Below are positions 30,001 through 43,511 of a stretch of DNA of 64,000 nucleotides, in pieces. Location of the stretch: positions 270,196,001 through 270,260,000 of the forward strand of contig OZ024741.1 in assembly GCA_964016885.1 (NCBI GenBank), written 5' to 3'. Both the position numbers and the translations under genes were made by a program. This DNA comes from Eledone cirrhosa (Eukaryota). The notes beneath the pieces were generated by a model, which saw only the letters and a list, made by a program, of their open reading frames with translations, did no database searches and was not told the DNA's origin. The number at the start of each line of letters is the position of its first letter. The stretch's first letter is position 1.

Positions 30001-33000
30001 CTATAGGTAGTTAGTGTGAATGTGGCTGTTAGTATGTATGTGTCTGTCTATAGGTAGTTAGTGTGAATGTGGCTGTCAGTATGTATGTGTCTGTCTAGAG
30101 GTAGTTAGTGTGAATGTGGCTGTCAGTATGTATGTGTCTGTCTATAGGTAGTTAGTGTGAATGTGGCTGTCAGTATGTATGTGTCTGTCTATAGGTACTT
30201 GGTGTGAATGTGGCTGTCAGTATGTATGTGTCTGTCTATAGGTAGTTAGTGTGAATGTGGCTGTCAGTATGTATGTGTCTCTCTATTCATACTTAGTGTG
30301 AATGTGGCTGTCAGTATGTATGTGTCTGTCTATAGGTAGTTAGTGTGAATGTGGCTGTCAGTATGTATGTGTCTGTCTATAGGTAGTTAGTGTGAATGTG
30401 GCTGTCAGTATGTATGTGTCTGTCTATAGGTAGTTAGTGTGAATGTGGCTGTCAGTAAGTATGTGTCTGTCTATAGGTAGTTAGTGTGAATGTGGCTGTA
30501 AATATGTATGTGTCTCTCTATAGGTAGTTACTGTGAATGTGGCTGTCAGTATGTATGTGTCTGTCTATAGGTAGTTAGTGTGAATGTGGCTGTCAGTATG
30601 TATGTGTCTGTCTATAGGTAGTTAGTGTGAATGTGGCTGTCAGTATGTATGTGTCTGTCTATAGGTAGTTAGTGTGAATGCGGCTGTCTGTATGTATGTG
30701 TCTGTCTATAGGTAGTTAGTGTGAATGTGGCTGTCAGTATGTATGTGTCTGTCTATAGGTAGTTAGTGTGAATGTGGCTGTCAGTATATATGTGTCTATC
30801 TATAGGTAGTTAGTGTGAATGTGGCTGTCAGTATGTATGTGTCTGTCTATAGGTAGTTAGTGTGAATGTGGCTGTCAGTATGTATCTGTCTGTCTATAGG
30901 TAGTTAGTGTGAATGTGGCTGTCAGTATGTATGTGTCTGTCTATAGGTAGTTAGTGTGAATGTGGCTGTCAGTATGTATGTGTCTGTCTATAGGTAGTTA
31001 GTGTGAATGTGTCTGTCAGTATGTATGTTTCTGTCTATAGGTAGTTAGTGTGAATGTGGCTGTCAGTATGTATGTGTCTGTCTAGAGGTAGTTAGTGTGA
31101 ATGTGGCTGTCAGTATGTATGTGTCTGTCTATAGGTAGTTAGTGTGAATGTGGCTGTCAATATGTATGTCTTTCTATAGGTAGTTAGTGTGAATGTGGCT
31201 GTCAGTATGCATGTGTCTGTCTATGGGTAGTTAGTGTGAATGTGGCTGTCAGTATGTATGTGTCTGTCTATAGATAGTTAGTGTGAATGTGGCTGTCAGT
31301 ATGTATCTGTCTGTCTATAGGTAGTTAGTGTGAATGTGGCTGTCAGTATGTATGTGTCTGTCTATAGGTAGTTAGTGTGAATGTGGCTGTCAGTATGTAT
31401 GTGTCTGTCTATAGGTAGTTAGTGTGAATGTGGCTGTCAGTATGTATGTGTCTGTGTATAGGTAGTTAGTGTGAATGTGTCTGTCAGTATGTATGTTTCT
31501 GTCTATAGGTAGTTAGTGTGAATGTGGCTGTCAGTATGTATGTGTCTGTCTAGAGGTAGTTAGTGTGAATGTGGCTGTCAATATGTATGTGTCTGTCTAT
31601 AGGTAGTTAGTGTGAATGTGGCTGTCAGTATGTATGTGTCTCTCTATGGGTAGTTAGTGTGAATGTGGCTGTCAGTATGTATGTGTCTGTCTATAGATAG
31701 TTAGTGTGAATGTGGCTGTCAGTATGTATGTGTCTGTCTATAGGTAGTTAGTGTGAATGTGGCTGTCAGTATGTATGTGTCTGTCTATAGGTAGTTAGTG
31801 TGAATGTGGCCGTCAGTATGTATGTGTCTGTCTATAGGTAGTTAGTGTGAATGTGGCTGTCAGTATGTATGTGTCTGTCTATAGGTAGTTAGTGTGAATG
31901 TGGCTGTCAGTATGTATGTGTCTGTCTAGAAGTAGTTAGTGTGAATGTGGCTGTCAGTATGTATGTGTCTGTCTATAGGTAGTTAGTGTGAATGTGGCTG
32001 TTAGTATGTATGTGTCTGTCTATAGGTAGTTAGTGTGAATGTGGCTGTCAGTATGTATGTGTCTGTCTAGAGGTAGTTAGTGTGAATGTGGCTGTCAGTA
32101 TGTATGTGTCTGTCTATAGGTAGTTAGTGTGAATGTGGCTGTCAGTATGTATGTGTCTGTCTATAGGTACTTGGTGTGAATGTGGCTGTCAGTATGTATG
32201 TGTCTGTCTATAGGTAGTTAGTGTGAATGTGGCTGTCAGTATGTATGTGTCTCTCTATTCATACTTAGTGTGAATGTGGCTGTCAGTATGTATGTGTCTG
32301 TCTATAGGTAGTTAGTGTGAATGTGGCTGTCAGTATGTATGTGTCTGTCTATAGGTAGTTAGTGTGAATGTGGCTGTCAGTATGTATGTGTCTGTCTATA
32401 GGTAGTTAGTGTGAATGTGGCTGTCAGTAAGTATGTGTCTGTCTATAGGTAGTTAGTGTGAATGTGGCTGTCAGTATGTATGTGTCTGTCTAGAGGTAGT
32501 TAGTGTGAATGTGGCTGTCAGTATGTATGTGTCTGTCTATAGGTAGTTAGTGTGAATGTGGCTGTCAGTATGTATGTGTCTCTCTATTGGTACTTAGTGT
32601 GAATGTGGCTGTCAGTATGTATGTGTCTGTCTATAGGTAGTTAGTGTGAATGTGGCTGTCAGTATGTATGTGTCTGTCTAGAGGTAGTTAGTGTGAATGT
32701 GGCTGTCAGTATGTATGTGTCTGTCTATAGGTAGTTAGTGTGAATGTGGCTGTCAGTATGTATGTGTCTGTCTATAGGTAGTTAGTGTGAATGTGGCTGT
32801 CAGTATGTATGTGTCTGTCTAGAGGTAGTTAGTGTGAATGTGGCTGTCAGTATGTATGTGTCTGTCTATAGGTAGTTAGTGTGAATGTGGCTGTCAGTAT
32901 GTATGTGTCTGTCTATAGGTACTTGGTGTGAATGTGGCTGTCAGTATGTATGTGTCTGTCTATAGGTAGTTAGTGTGAATGTGGCTGTCAGTATGTATGT

Positions 33001-34766
33001 GTCTCTCTATTCATACTTAGTGTGAATGTGGCTGTCAGTATGTATGTGTCTGTCTATAGGTAGTTAGTGTGAATGTGGCTGTCAGTATGTATGTGTCTGT
33101 CTATAGGTAGTTAGTGTGAATGTGGCTGTCAGTATGTATGTGTCTGTGTATAGGTAGTTAGTGTGAATGTGTCTGTCAGTATGTATGTTTCTGTCTATAG
33201 GTAGTTAGTGTGAATGTGGCTGTCAGTATGTATGTGTCTGTCTAGAGGTAGTTAGTGTGAATGTGGCTGTCAATATGTATGTGTCTGTCTATAGGTAGTT
33301 AGTGTGAATGTGGCTGTCAGTATGTATGTGTCTCTCTATGGGTAGTTAGTGTGAATGTGGCTGTCAGTATGTATGTGTCTGTCTATAGATAGTTAGTGTG
33401 AATGTGGCTGTCAGTATGTATGTGTCTGTCTATAGGTAGTTAGTGTGAATGTGGCTGTCAGTATGTATGTGTCTGTCTATAGGTAGTTAGTGTGAATGTG
33501 GCTGTCAGTATGTATGTGTCTGTCTATAGGTAGTTAGTGTGAATGTGGCTGTCAGTATGTATGTGTCTGTCTATAGGTAGTTAGTGTGAATGTGGCTGTC
33601 AGTATGTATGTGTCTGTCTAGAAGTAGTTAGTGTGAATGTGGCTGTCAGTATGTATGTGTCTGTCTATAGGTAGTTAGTGTGAATGTGGCTGTTAGTATG
33701 TATGTGTCTGTCTATAGGTAGTTAGTGTGAATGTGGCTGTCAGTATGTATGTGTCTGTCTAGAGGTAGTTAGTGTGAATGTGGCTGTCAGTATGTATGTG
33801 TCTGTCTATAGGTAGTTAGTGTGAATGTGGCTGTCAGTATGTATGTGTCTGTCTATAGGTACTTGGTGTGAATGTGGCTGTCAGTATGTATGTGTCTGTC
33901 TATAGGTAGTTAGTGTGAATGTGGCTGTCAGTATGTATGTGTCTCTCTATTCATACTTAGTGTGAATGTGGCTGTCAGTATGTATGTGTCTGTCTATAGG
34001 TAGTTAGTGTGAATGTGGCTGTCAGTATGTATGTGTCTGTCTATAGGTAGTTAGTGTGAATGTGGCTGTCAGTATGTATGTGTCTGTCTATAGGTAGTTA
34101 GTGTGAATGTGGCTGTCAGTAAGTATGTGTCTGTCTATAGGTAGTTAGTGTGAATGTGGCTGTCAGTATGTATGTGTCTGTCTAGAGGTAGTTAGTGTGA
34201 ATGTGGCTGTCAGTATGTATGTGTCTGTCTATAGGTAGTTAGTGTGAATGTGGCTGTCAGTATGTATGTGTCTCTCTATTGGTACTTAGTGTGAATGTGG
34301 CTGTCAGTATGTATGTGTCTGTCTATAGGTAGTTAGTGTGAATGTGGCTGTCAGTATGTATGTGTCTGTCTAGAGGTAGTTAGTGTGAATGTGGCTGTCA
34401 GTATGTATGTGTCTGTCTAGAGGTAGTTAGTGTGAATGTGGCTGTCAGTATGTATGTGTCTGTCTAGAGGTAGTTAGTGTGAATGTGGCTGTCAGTATGT
34501 ATGTGTCTGTCTATAGGTACTTGGTGTGAATGTGGCTGTCAGTATGTATGTGTCTGTCTATAGGTAGTTAGTGTGAATGTGGCTGTCAGTATGTATGTGT
34601 CTCTCTATTGGTACTTAGTGTGAATGTGGCTGTCAGTATGTATGTGTCTGTCTATAGGTAGTTAGTGTGAATGTGGCTGTCAGTATGTATGTGTCTCTCT
34701 ATTGGTACTTAGTGGGAATGTGGCTGTCAGTATGTATGTGTCTGTCTATAGGTAGTTAGTGTGAAT
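1..34766. repeat. 47-bp tandem satellite array (~740 units, runs off the left edge)
   Basis: Unit TGGCTGTCAGTATGTATGTGTCTGTCTATAGGTAGTTAGTGTGAATG repeats uninterrupted, mostly with 0-3 substitutions per unit and occasional 46/45-bp units. It ends abruptly at ...GTGAAT|ATGAATGC. The ORF track has no ORF here. Confidence 0.99.
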
Positions 34767-34941
34767 ATGAATGCTTTTTAGATTCGCCTATATATTACGA
34801 CTGCATATTTCTCTACATACTGTTTTTTTCAAAGAATCTCTGTTCTTGAAATCCCTTGGCCAATGACCTCCATCCATGCCAATCACCACCTTTCCCTACC
34901 ACCAGAAAACGTATAAATACCACTATATCACAATGACAGTT

Positions 34942-34993
34942 GGTTTTCCTGATGATTTCCTTCAAATGAAACAGTTCTAGTCCTGTAGAAGCC
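34942..34993 (+). ncRNA. Type I hammerhead ribozyme candidate (PLE pLTR-derived)
   Basis: GGTTTTC-CTGATGA-tttccttcaaat-GAA-ACAG-ttctagtc-CTGT-A^GAAGCC. Core boxes, stem III ACAG/CTGT, GUA triplet and stem I are present; stem II is weak with a U.U base. Same family as 38980-39152. Confidence 0.6.
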
Positions 34994-35007
34994 ATTTCTA
35001 TATTAAA

Positions 35008-35080
35008 CGGGGTCGATAAAATAAAGTACCAGTAATGTACTGGGTAATTGCTGGCCTTGTGCCAAGAGTAGAAACAATTA
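35008..35080 (+). mobile_element. SINE 3' fragment
   Basis: GGGGTCGATAAAATAAAGTACCAGTAATGTACTGGG...GTAGAAACAATTA is nearly identical to the 3' halves of the SINEs at 49124 and 57572. Confidence 0.8.
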
Positions 35081-35087
35081 TATACTC

Positions 35088-36345
35088 TACGTGTAGGTTT
35101 GCTCAACGAGTATAAATTATATTCCGGAGAAAATGTAGAAAAGATGAATATAAAATGAAAGTGCTTTTATAAAGGAATTTATTAGGTATTGACATATGTT
35201 TCTGTAACAGACGGAATACCTATGTATCGCTGCTTGCGCAATCATATAATGTTAGCAAGTATTCGATAGCAAATGTATAATCAGTTGTCACTTCTTCAGA
35301 GTTATTGGATAAATTGGAAAAAATCAGAAAAATTAAAGTATTTATATTAGTTGTAAGAAAGGAAGAAGAGAAGGGATAGTATATGACAGATGGCAATTCA
35401 ATTTGCTGGTAAACAAGTATATAGAAGGTTTTTAATGAGAATACAATGAGTATATGGCTTATTTTATCTAAATAAGAATTTTTGGGAGTGCCTATTTTAT
35501 TCTATATTTGACCAATTGAACAATGGACAGGGCTTGTCGTTTGGTGTAGTATTATTAATACAGATATAAAGTGTCCAGTAAGGAAGAGAGAGATTTTCAC
35601 TGCTACTGTATAACAACAATGCTGGTAGCCTGCTGGTATATGTATTAGGAAATTGAATTAAGAAATCTCATTTTATCTATAGCAGTTTATATTAAATGGT
35701 AAAGAATAGAAGAGTTGATAGAATTAAGACTAATAGAGAATGTTAATATGTATTTTGACAATCAAACGGAGATGGAGACAGGCGTTTGTAATATGAAAAT
35801 GTAGATTTCAAGCGATGGTTACAGTATAACGATCGCTCTATTCTGTTATTTAATAAAATATTTTTGGATTTCATTATACAAAATATTTCCATATTACAAA
35901 ATTCTTATTTAGATAAAATAAGCCATTTACTCATTGTATTCTCATTAGAAACCCTTTATATACTTGTTTACCAGCAAATTGAATTGCCATCTGTCATATA
36001 CTATCCCTTCTCTTCTTCCTTTCTTACAACTAATATAAATACTTTAATTTTTCTGATTTTTTCCAATTTATCCAATATCTCTGAAGAAGTGACAACTGAT
36101 TATACATTTGCTATCGAATACTTGCTAACATTATATGATTGCACAAGCAGCGATACATAGGTATTCCGTCTGTTACAGAAACATATGTCAATATCTAATA
36201 AATTCCTTTATAAAAGCACTTTCATTTTATATTCATCTTTTCTACATTTTCTCCGGAATATAATTTATACTCGTTGAGCAAACCTACACGTACGCTGTTC
36301 ATCTCTAACGTGACGATATATTATCACTACATTATTGATAACTTG

Positions 36346-36350
<5 letters not shown>
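35088..36350 (+). mobile_element. PLE-derived inverted-pLTR element (395-bp inverted arms)
   Basis: Arms 35088-35482 and 35898-36292 are reverse complements (~7 mismatches by eye) around a 415-bp spacer. A short tail and (TA)n follow. Each arm has CTGAAGA-aGTGAC...GTTACa-GAAACATATGTC, an HHR-like core with palindromic stem III. Confidence 0.75.
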
Positions 36351-36398
<48 letters not shown>

Positions 36399-36403
<5 letters not shown>

Positions 36404-36497
36404 AGAAAGTATGACCCCGGGGGTCATACTTTCTCCTATTACTCACTCTACTACCCTAAGTATTGAGTACTCTGGTGCGTTATGGTCCATCGTTTTA
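36399..36497 (+). mobile_element. Minimal fold-back element (20-bp perfect hairpin plus conserved tail) in (TA)n
   Basis: ATAGGAGAAAGTATGACCCC-G-GGGGTCATACTTTCTCCTAT followed by ACTCACTCTACTACCCTAAGTATTGAGTACTCTGGTGCGTTATGGTCCATC. The tail is near-identical to 41328-41380. Confidence 0.85.
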
Positions 36498-36509
36498 TAT
36501 ATATATATT

Positions 36510-37026
36510 ATTTCAAAAACAACTCGGTCGAGAGCTTAATTCGTTTTGTGCTATTTTTGCAAATTTTTGCAATAACTACACATACTCAATTCATTGGCCA
36601 AAATAGGGGTTTTCTCCCCTTAGAACCTCACATGTGCTTTCATAACCTGTGAGATGCTGGCCCATGAAGAACAAAATGCCTGTTGAGAAAGCGATGCCTT
36701 GTTCGATCATTATACCAAAAGCTTATTTTTTATAAGCAGACAGTATTATTTATTTAGGTGTCGCAGAAACCCAAATTCGGAGTATTCCATCTTCCCCGAG
36801 GGTCCGGATGACTATTTCAATCATATCTTATTTTGTTTGACCCGTTTAACTTGTTCGCTTTTTTGGCTCTGGTGGTTAATGGCTTCTTAACCATCGTCTC
36901 AGTTTGTATGACCTTTTTAACTTATGTTTATAGCTCTGGTTTCTTCATATCCATTGAGCGCTTGTCTACACAATACGGAAGTTGCGTTTCGCTAATTTCT
37001 ACCCGCCGAAATGCGATTCTTGCTAC

Positions 37027-37030
<4 letters not shown>
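36510..37030 (+). repeat. Unclassified interspersed repeat, copy 1, bounded by (TA)n
   Basis: Colinear similarity to the reverse complement of 52640-53000, with shared blocks TGCCTTGTTC, GTCGCAGAAACC, GGGTCCGG, TGTTTGACCCG, TTAACCATC.TCTCAG, GAGCGCTTG and CGATTCT.GCTA. Confidence 0.65.
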
Positions 37031-37055
<25 letters not shown>

Positions 37056-37060
<5 letters not shown>

Positions 37061-37781
37061 AAGAATGAAACGAAATTTCATTTCTCACTCTTAGTACAGC
37101 TGATACTTAAATGTCAGTATATATACGTACATACATATATGTATACAGACGTACAGTAGTATGTATATATATATACATACATGCACATATATATATATAT
37201 ATATATGTACGTATGGCTTTACTGAACATTTATTATAATCTTCGGGCTGTTTGTAAACAAACATCCCGAATTACGCCGTACAGTGTTCGGCAACCATCGT
37301 CGCCCTTTTGTTCAATACTGACACAGGAACGATATACTAGTTTCAAGCTTATTAGCTATCGTCAGCATCGTATACCTTCCTGTCAGATGATTGAATGTTT
37401 GAAAGTATATACTTTCCTTATGCATATTAACGGTTGAGCAGCCTAATTTGCATATCGAGTGAGTTAGTCGGCCGGGCGTACCGAAAACGATAAATGGAAA
37501 AGAATGAAACGAAATTTCATTTCTCACTCTTAGTACGGCTGATACTTAAAAGTGAGTATGTATACGTACATACATATATGTATACAGACGTACAGTAGTA
37601 TGTATATATATATATACATACACACATATATATATATATGTACGTATGGTTTTATCGAACATTATAATAAATGTTCGGTAAACCCATACGTACATATATA
37701 TGTGTGTGCATGTATGTATATATATACATACTACTGTACGTCTGTATACATATATGTATGTACGTATACATTCTTACATTT
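37056..37781 (-). mobile_element. Non-coding retrozyme-like / non-autonomous PLE: ~1.4 tandem units of a ~440-bp monomer plus terminal fold-back
   Basis: Direct repeat 37056-~37235 vs 37497-~37665. Hairpin 37548-37781 is centred on GAACATTATAATAAATGTTC. It carries an HHR at 37329-37371 and has (TA)n on both sides. Confidence 0.75.
37329..37371 (-). ncRNA. Minimal type I hammerhead ribozyme
   Basis: Minus strand ACGATG-CTGACGA-tAGCTaataAGCTt-GAA-ACTAGT-A^TATCGT. It has a 6-bp stem I, both core boxes, a 4-bp stem II, palindromic stem III ACUAGU and a GUA triplet. Confidence 0.85.
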
Positions 37782-37853
37782 ATATATATATATATAGTTC
37801 GGAATAACAGAAAACAAAAAACAGAGAGAAGCAGGAGTAAATGTAACAAACAT

Positions 37854-37890
37854 TATTAGTTTCACGCTTGGTGAGGGTAGGGCTCATCAG
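37854..37890 (-). ncRNA. Degenerate hammerhead motif
   Basis: Minus strand CTGATGA-gccctaccctcaccaagcgt-GAAACTAATA; stems pair poorly. Confidence 0.35.
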
Positions 37891-37959
37891 CGGGTTTCGC
37901 CTAATCAATAATCAATCGATTATTTTTATATTGATATATTGTGTGTAAATGTGAGAGTG

Positions 37960-37963
37960 ATTA

Positions 37964-37998
<35 letters not shown>

Positions 37999-38545
37999 GT
38001 ATGTGTTGTATGTATGTGTGTGAGTGTCTGTGTATGTATGTGTGTATGTATGTGTGTTTGTGTGTGTATGTATGTGTGTGTGTATGTGTATGTATGTGTA
38101 TGTGATGTATGTATGTGTGTGTGTCTGTGTATGTATGTGCGTGTGTGTTTTTGTGTGTATGTATGTGTGTATGTATGTGTGTGTCTGTGTATGTATGTGT
38201 GTGTATGTATGTGTGTGTGTGTTTGTGTGTGTGTGTATGTATCTGTGTGTCTGTGTATGTATGTGTATGTGATGTATGTATGCGTGTGTGTGTCTGTGTA
38301 TGTATGTGTGTGTGTGTTTGTATGTGAGTGTATGTATGTGTGTGTGTGTATATGTATGTGTGTGTGTATGTATGTGTGTGTGTGTTTGTGTGTGGTTGTG
38401 TGTGTATGTATGTGTGTGTGTGTGTGTCTGTGTATGTATGCGTGTGATGTATGTATGCGTGTGTGTGTCTGTGTATGTATGTGTGTGTGTGTTTGTGTGT
38501 GTGTATGTATGTGTGTGTGTATGTATGTTCGTGTGTGTGTTTACG
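37960..38545. repeat. Complex (GT)n/(GTAT)n microsatellite with ~170-bp higher-order pattern
   Basis: GTGATGTATGTATGYGTGTGTGTCTGTGTATGTATG recurs near 38102, 38269 and 38443. Confidence 0.9.
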
Positions 38546-38714
38546 CTATGTAAACATATGTATGTATCTACGCCAACTTTAGTAAGAAACATTACACAGA
38601 GTAAACATACTTTATATATTAGTTCCAGCCAATTTATATCACATTACTTAAAGGGACTTTGGCCATGAAACCCTAAGTAATGTTTCTTAAGTGGTTAAAA
38701 AGTTATATGTATAT

Positions 38715-38768
<54 letters not shown>

Positions 38769-38925
38769 CTCTGTGTGTGTGTCTGTGTGCCTGTGTGTGC
38801 GTATGGGTGGGTGTGTTTGTGTGTGTGTGTGTGTAGTATCCTAAATGGGTGTTAATACGTTTATGTGTTATCTATATATTTACCTTTGTATATGTTTGTC
38901 TGTAAATTATACACACACACACACA

Positions 38926-38979
<54 letters not shown>

Positions 38980-38985
<6 letters not shown>

Positions 38986-39150
38986 AAGGAGCTTCTACAG
39001 GACTAGTACTGTTTCATTCAGATGAAATCTTCAGGAATGAAACAGTACTAGTCCTGTAGAAGCTCCTTCTATAAAATAAAAAAATTTTACTCTGCCATGT
39101 ATTGAGTACCTTACTTACTGTGGTTATCCCCGACTCAACCCGGGACCTAC

Positions 39151-39152
<2 letters not shown>
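38980..39152 (+). mobile_element. Fold-back element with HHR core at the hairpin apex, plus conserved tail, in (TA)n
   Basis: Perfect 40-bp arms 38980-39019 and 39035-39074. The minus strand reads TTC-CTGAAGA-tTTCatctGAAt-GAAACAG-tactagtc-CTGTA^GAAG across the loop. The tail contains TACTC..TATTGAGTAC. Confidence 0.8.
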
Positions 39153-40944
<1,792 letters not shown>

Positions 40945-41190
40945 ATAGTATAAAGAAAACGAAAAATCAGTGATGCACCTGGACTCAATTTATTGCATAT
41001 TACAATTGTTTCGCCGGCAGGTAGCTCCTACTTGCCGGCGAAACAATTGTAACACGCAATAAATTGAGTCCAGATGCATCACTGATTTTTCGTTTTCTTT
41101 ATACTATCTACACTCTACTCTGCTGAATATTGAGTGCTAATTTTGGCATACCGTCTAAGGAAGCACCATAGCTAACATTATACACAAGTA
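40945..41190 (+). mobile_element. Fold-back element (80-bp arms) folded in presumed HHR stem II, plus conserved tail
   Basis: Arms 40945-41024 / 41028-41107. The apex GCCGGCAGGTAG-ctc-CTACTTGCCGGC is followed directly by GAAACAATTGTA. Tail CACTC..TATTGAGTGC, then (TA)n. Confidence 0.8.
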
Positions 41191-41211
41191 TATATATATA
41201 TATATATATAT

Positions 41212-41404
41212 ATAGGAAAAAGTATGACCACGACGGCAGAGCTCAAGCCGTTTCGACGGCTATTTCTGAACTGAAATAGCCGTCGAAACGGCTTGAGCTC
41301 TGCCATCGGAGTCATACTTTTTCCTATTTCCCACTCTACTACCCTAAGTATTGAGTACTCTGGTGTGTTATGGTCCATCTGGTTCCTTACCACAATTTCT
41401 TTGT

Positions 41405-41405
<1 letters not shown>
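41212..41405 (+). mobile_element. Fold-back element (55-bp arms) folded in presumed HHR stem II, plus conserved tail
   Basis: Hairpin 41212-41327 with loop TGAACT. The apex is followed by GAA-ACGGC-ttgagctct-GCC(G/A)T-C^, i.e. stem III and a GUC triplet (GTC in the left-arm copy). The tail matches the 36399 element. Confidence 0.85.
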
Positions 41406-41437
<32 letters not shown>

Positions 41438-41566
41438 TGTTATACTTTGGGAGGGTCATGTTGCCAATAAGAAACACATGCACCAGTTGCTTTCACTTCA
41501 ATTTATAACAATATCGGTTTCAACACACGATTTCAGATAAAGAATCTTGCTAAACAAATTCAGAAA

Positions 41567-41640
<74 letters not shown>

Positions 41641-41841
41641 GGCTTAGTAAAATCGAATCTTAGGCGGTGTGCAAGCAAATTCGACCTACGATATGAATGA
41701 GTTAGCAAAGCACTCGACAAGGGTAGGTCCAGAGAGTAATAACATACGTTTAAATAGCTTGACAAATTGAACATTGTGGCAGGCAAAATCTAACACAAAT
41801 ATATATATATATATATATATATGTGTATATATATATATATA

Positions 41842-41937
<96 letters not shown>

Positions 41938-42091
41938 TTGCCCCACGTTATCGAGTATGGCCATTGCACGATATAACATTATTAGTAATTATCAATTAAT
42001 GTTATGCAATGACTGTGTGTAAAGATTTTGTTTAAAGTGAGGAAAGACTGCACTGAGCCAATCCTACTCTCTGACACACACAGACAGACAG

Positions 42092-42208
<117 letters not shown>

Positions 42209-42394
42209 GAAAACAGAAATAACAACACAATTGGTGCAGTATGTGGAAGGAATATATTAGTTTAACTCTTGAAACAGGAAGAAGGGGGTCTTAATTTTTC
42301 GGACGCTAGTCCTTCATCAGAAGAAAGAATGAGAAATAAGAAAGATTGAAGGGACGGGCGGGTTGGAATTGGAAAAAATGTCTTTAGATAAAAA

Positions 42395-43511
42395 GTAACA
42401 GTGGTACCCGGCGTTACACGGGATAAGGTATTTTGGAACGCGGGCCGCTAACAGACCTAATCGTGGAAAAGCGGCATGCCTGGATAATATGTAAAGAAAA
42501 TAAACCGAATACTCTGATGGCTGGATAATCTAAGATTTTCCTCGATGAAGCAGGAAAAAGGCAAGTTTTCACTTAATGCGGGCCCTAGGGGATCAAGAAA
42601 ATGAATTTTTTTTATGTGCATAGTATGCCTTGTAATTTCGGGAAAATCGACTAGACGTAACGCCTCAAAGGAGCCCTAAAAAGCTGAAAAAATGAAGTTT
42701 TTCACCTAATGCGGGCCCTAGGCCATAAAAAGGTTGGCTTTTCTTTGCTCGCGGTATGAAGAAGAGACTGACTAATGCATAGTTACAATTTCAAGGAAAT
42801 CGGTCTGACGTAACGCCTCAAAATACCCCTAAAGGGCTGGAAAAAACGCAGTTTTTCACCTAATGCAGGCCCTAGGGGATCAAAAAGTTGAATTTTTTAG
42901 GCGCATAACACTCCCTGAAATATAAGTAATACACATGTAAAGTTTGAAAAAGGTCGGTTGGGTACTTCTCGGGTTTCACACACACACAAACACACATACA
43001 CACATACACACATACATACATCCTTCCTCAGTTTTATATATATACATATATAGATTAAAATAACAGATTAAAGTTTAAGCAAAGAATCGTTCCTTTCACC
43101 CTTAACGGGATCTTCTGAAACTAAAAACATCAATCTGTGAACGCAGAAGTAAATATTTCGAAAAACGTTGCAACCGAAGGAAAACAGGAAAACGATACTT
43201 TGGTTCGTGAAGACGTTCCCTGGCAATGAACGGATAATAGCGAACATAATACGTCATCAATGTTCGTCAGAATGTCGAAATTCAGACAGCCAGGCATACA
43301 GACAGATATTATAAGAGCGCGACAGAGATGGATAACCGACGCCTAACACCTTTAACAACAGAAAATTGAAAAATAAAAGCTGCAGTTAATATCTTTAGAC
43401 CGCAAGGTATATATAAATGCAAGTTTGAAGTCAATCGGAGTAGAAATGTGGATTTGTATAGACTTTGCAAAAATGAGGACACACAGACAACTACAGTTTT
43501 ATATATATAGA
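42395..43511 (-). mobile_element. Non-autonomous Helitron (composite or nested)
   Basis: Minus-strand 5' TCTATATATATAAAA at 43511, with a second such end at 43054. The 3' end has a CCCG..CGGG hairpin and a degenerate CTAG. There is no TSD, and comparison with the intact PLE arm (AAAAA|TAACAG) implies an A|T target. Three ~130-150-bp internal repeats start near 42566, 42698 and 42851. Confidence 0.75.

Noticed and set aside
1-34766. CRISPR array or coding tandem repeat
   Set aside because: There are no unique spacers and no cas genes. The 47-bp unit is not a multiple of 3, and stop codons keep every frame below the ORF threshold.
1-34766. Telomeric repeat (TTAG/TAGG words)
   Set aside because: No tandem TTAGGG or TTAGG; these words occur once per 47-mer.
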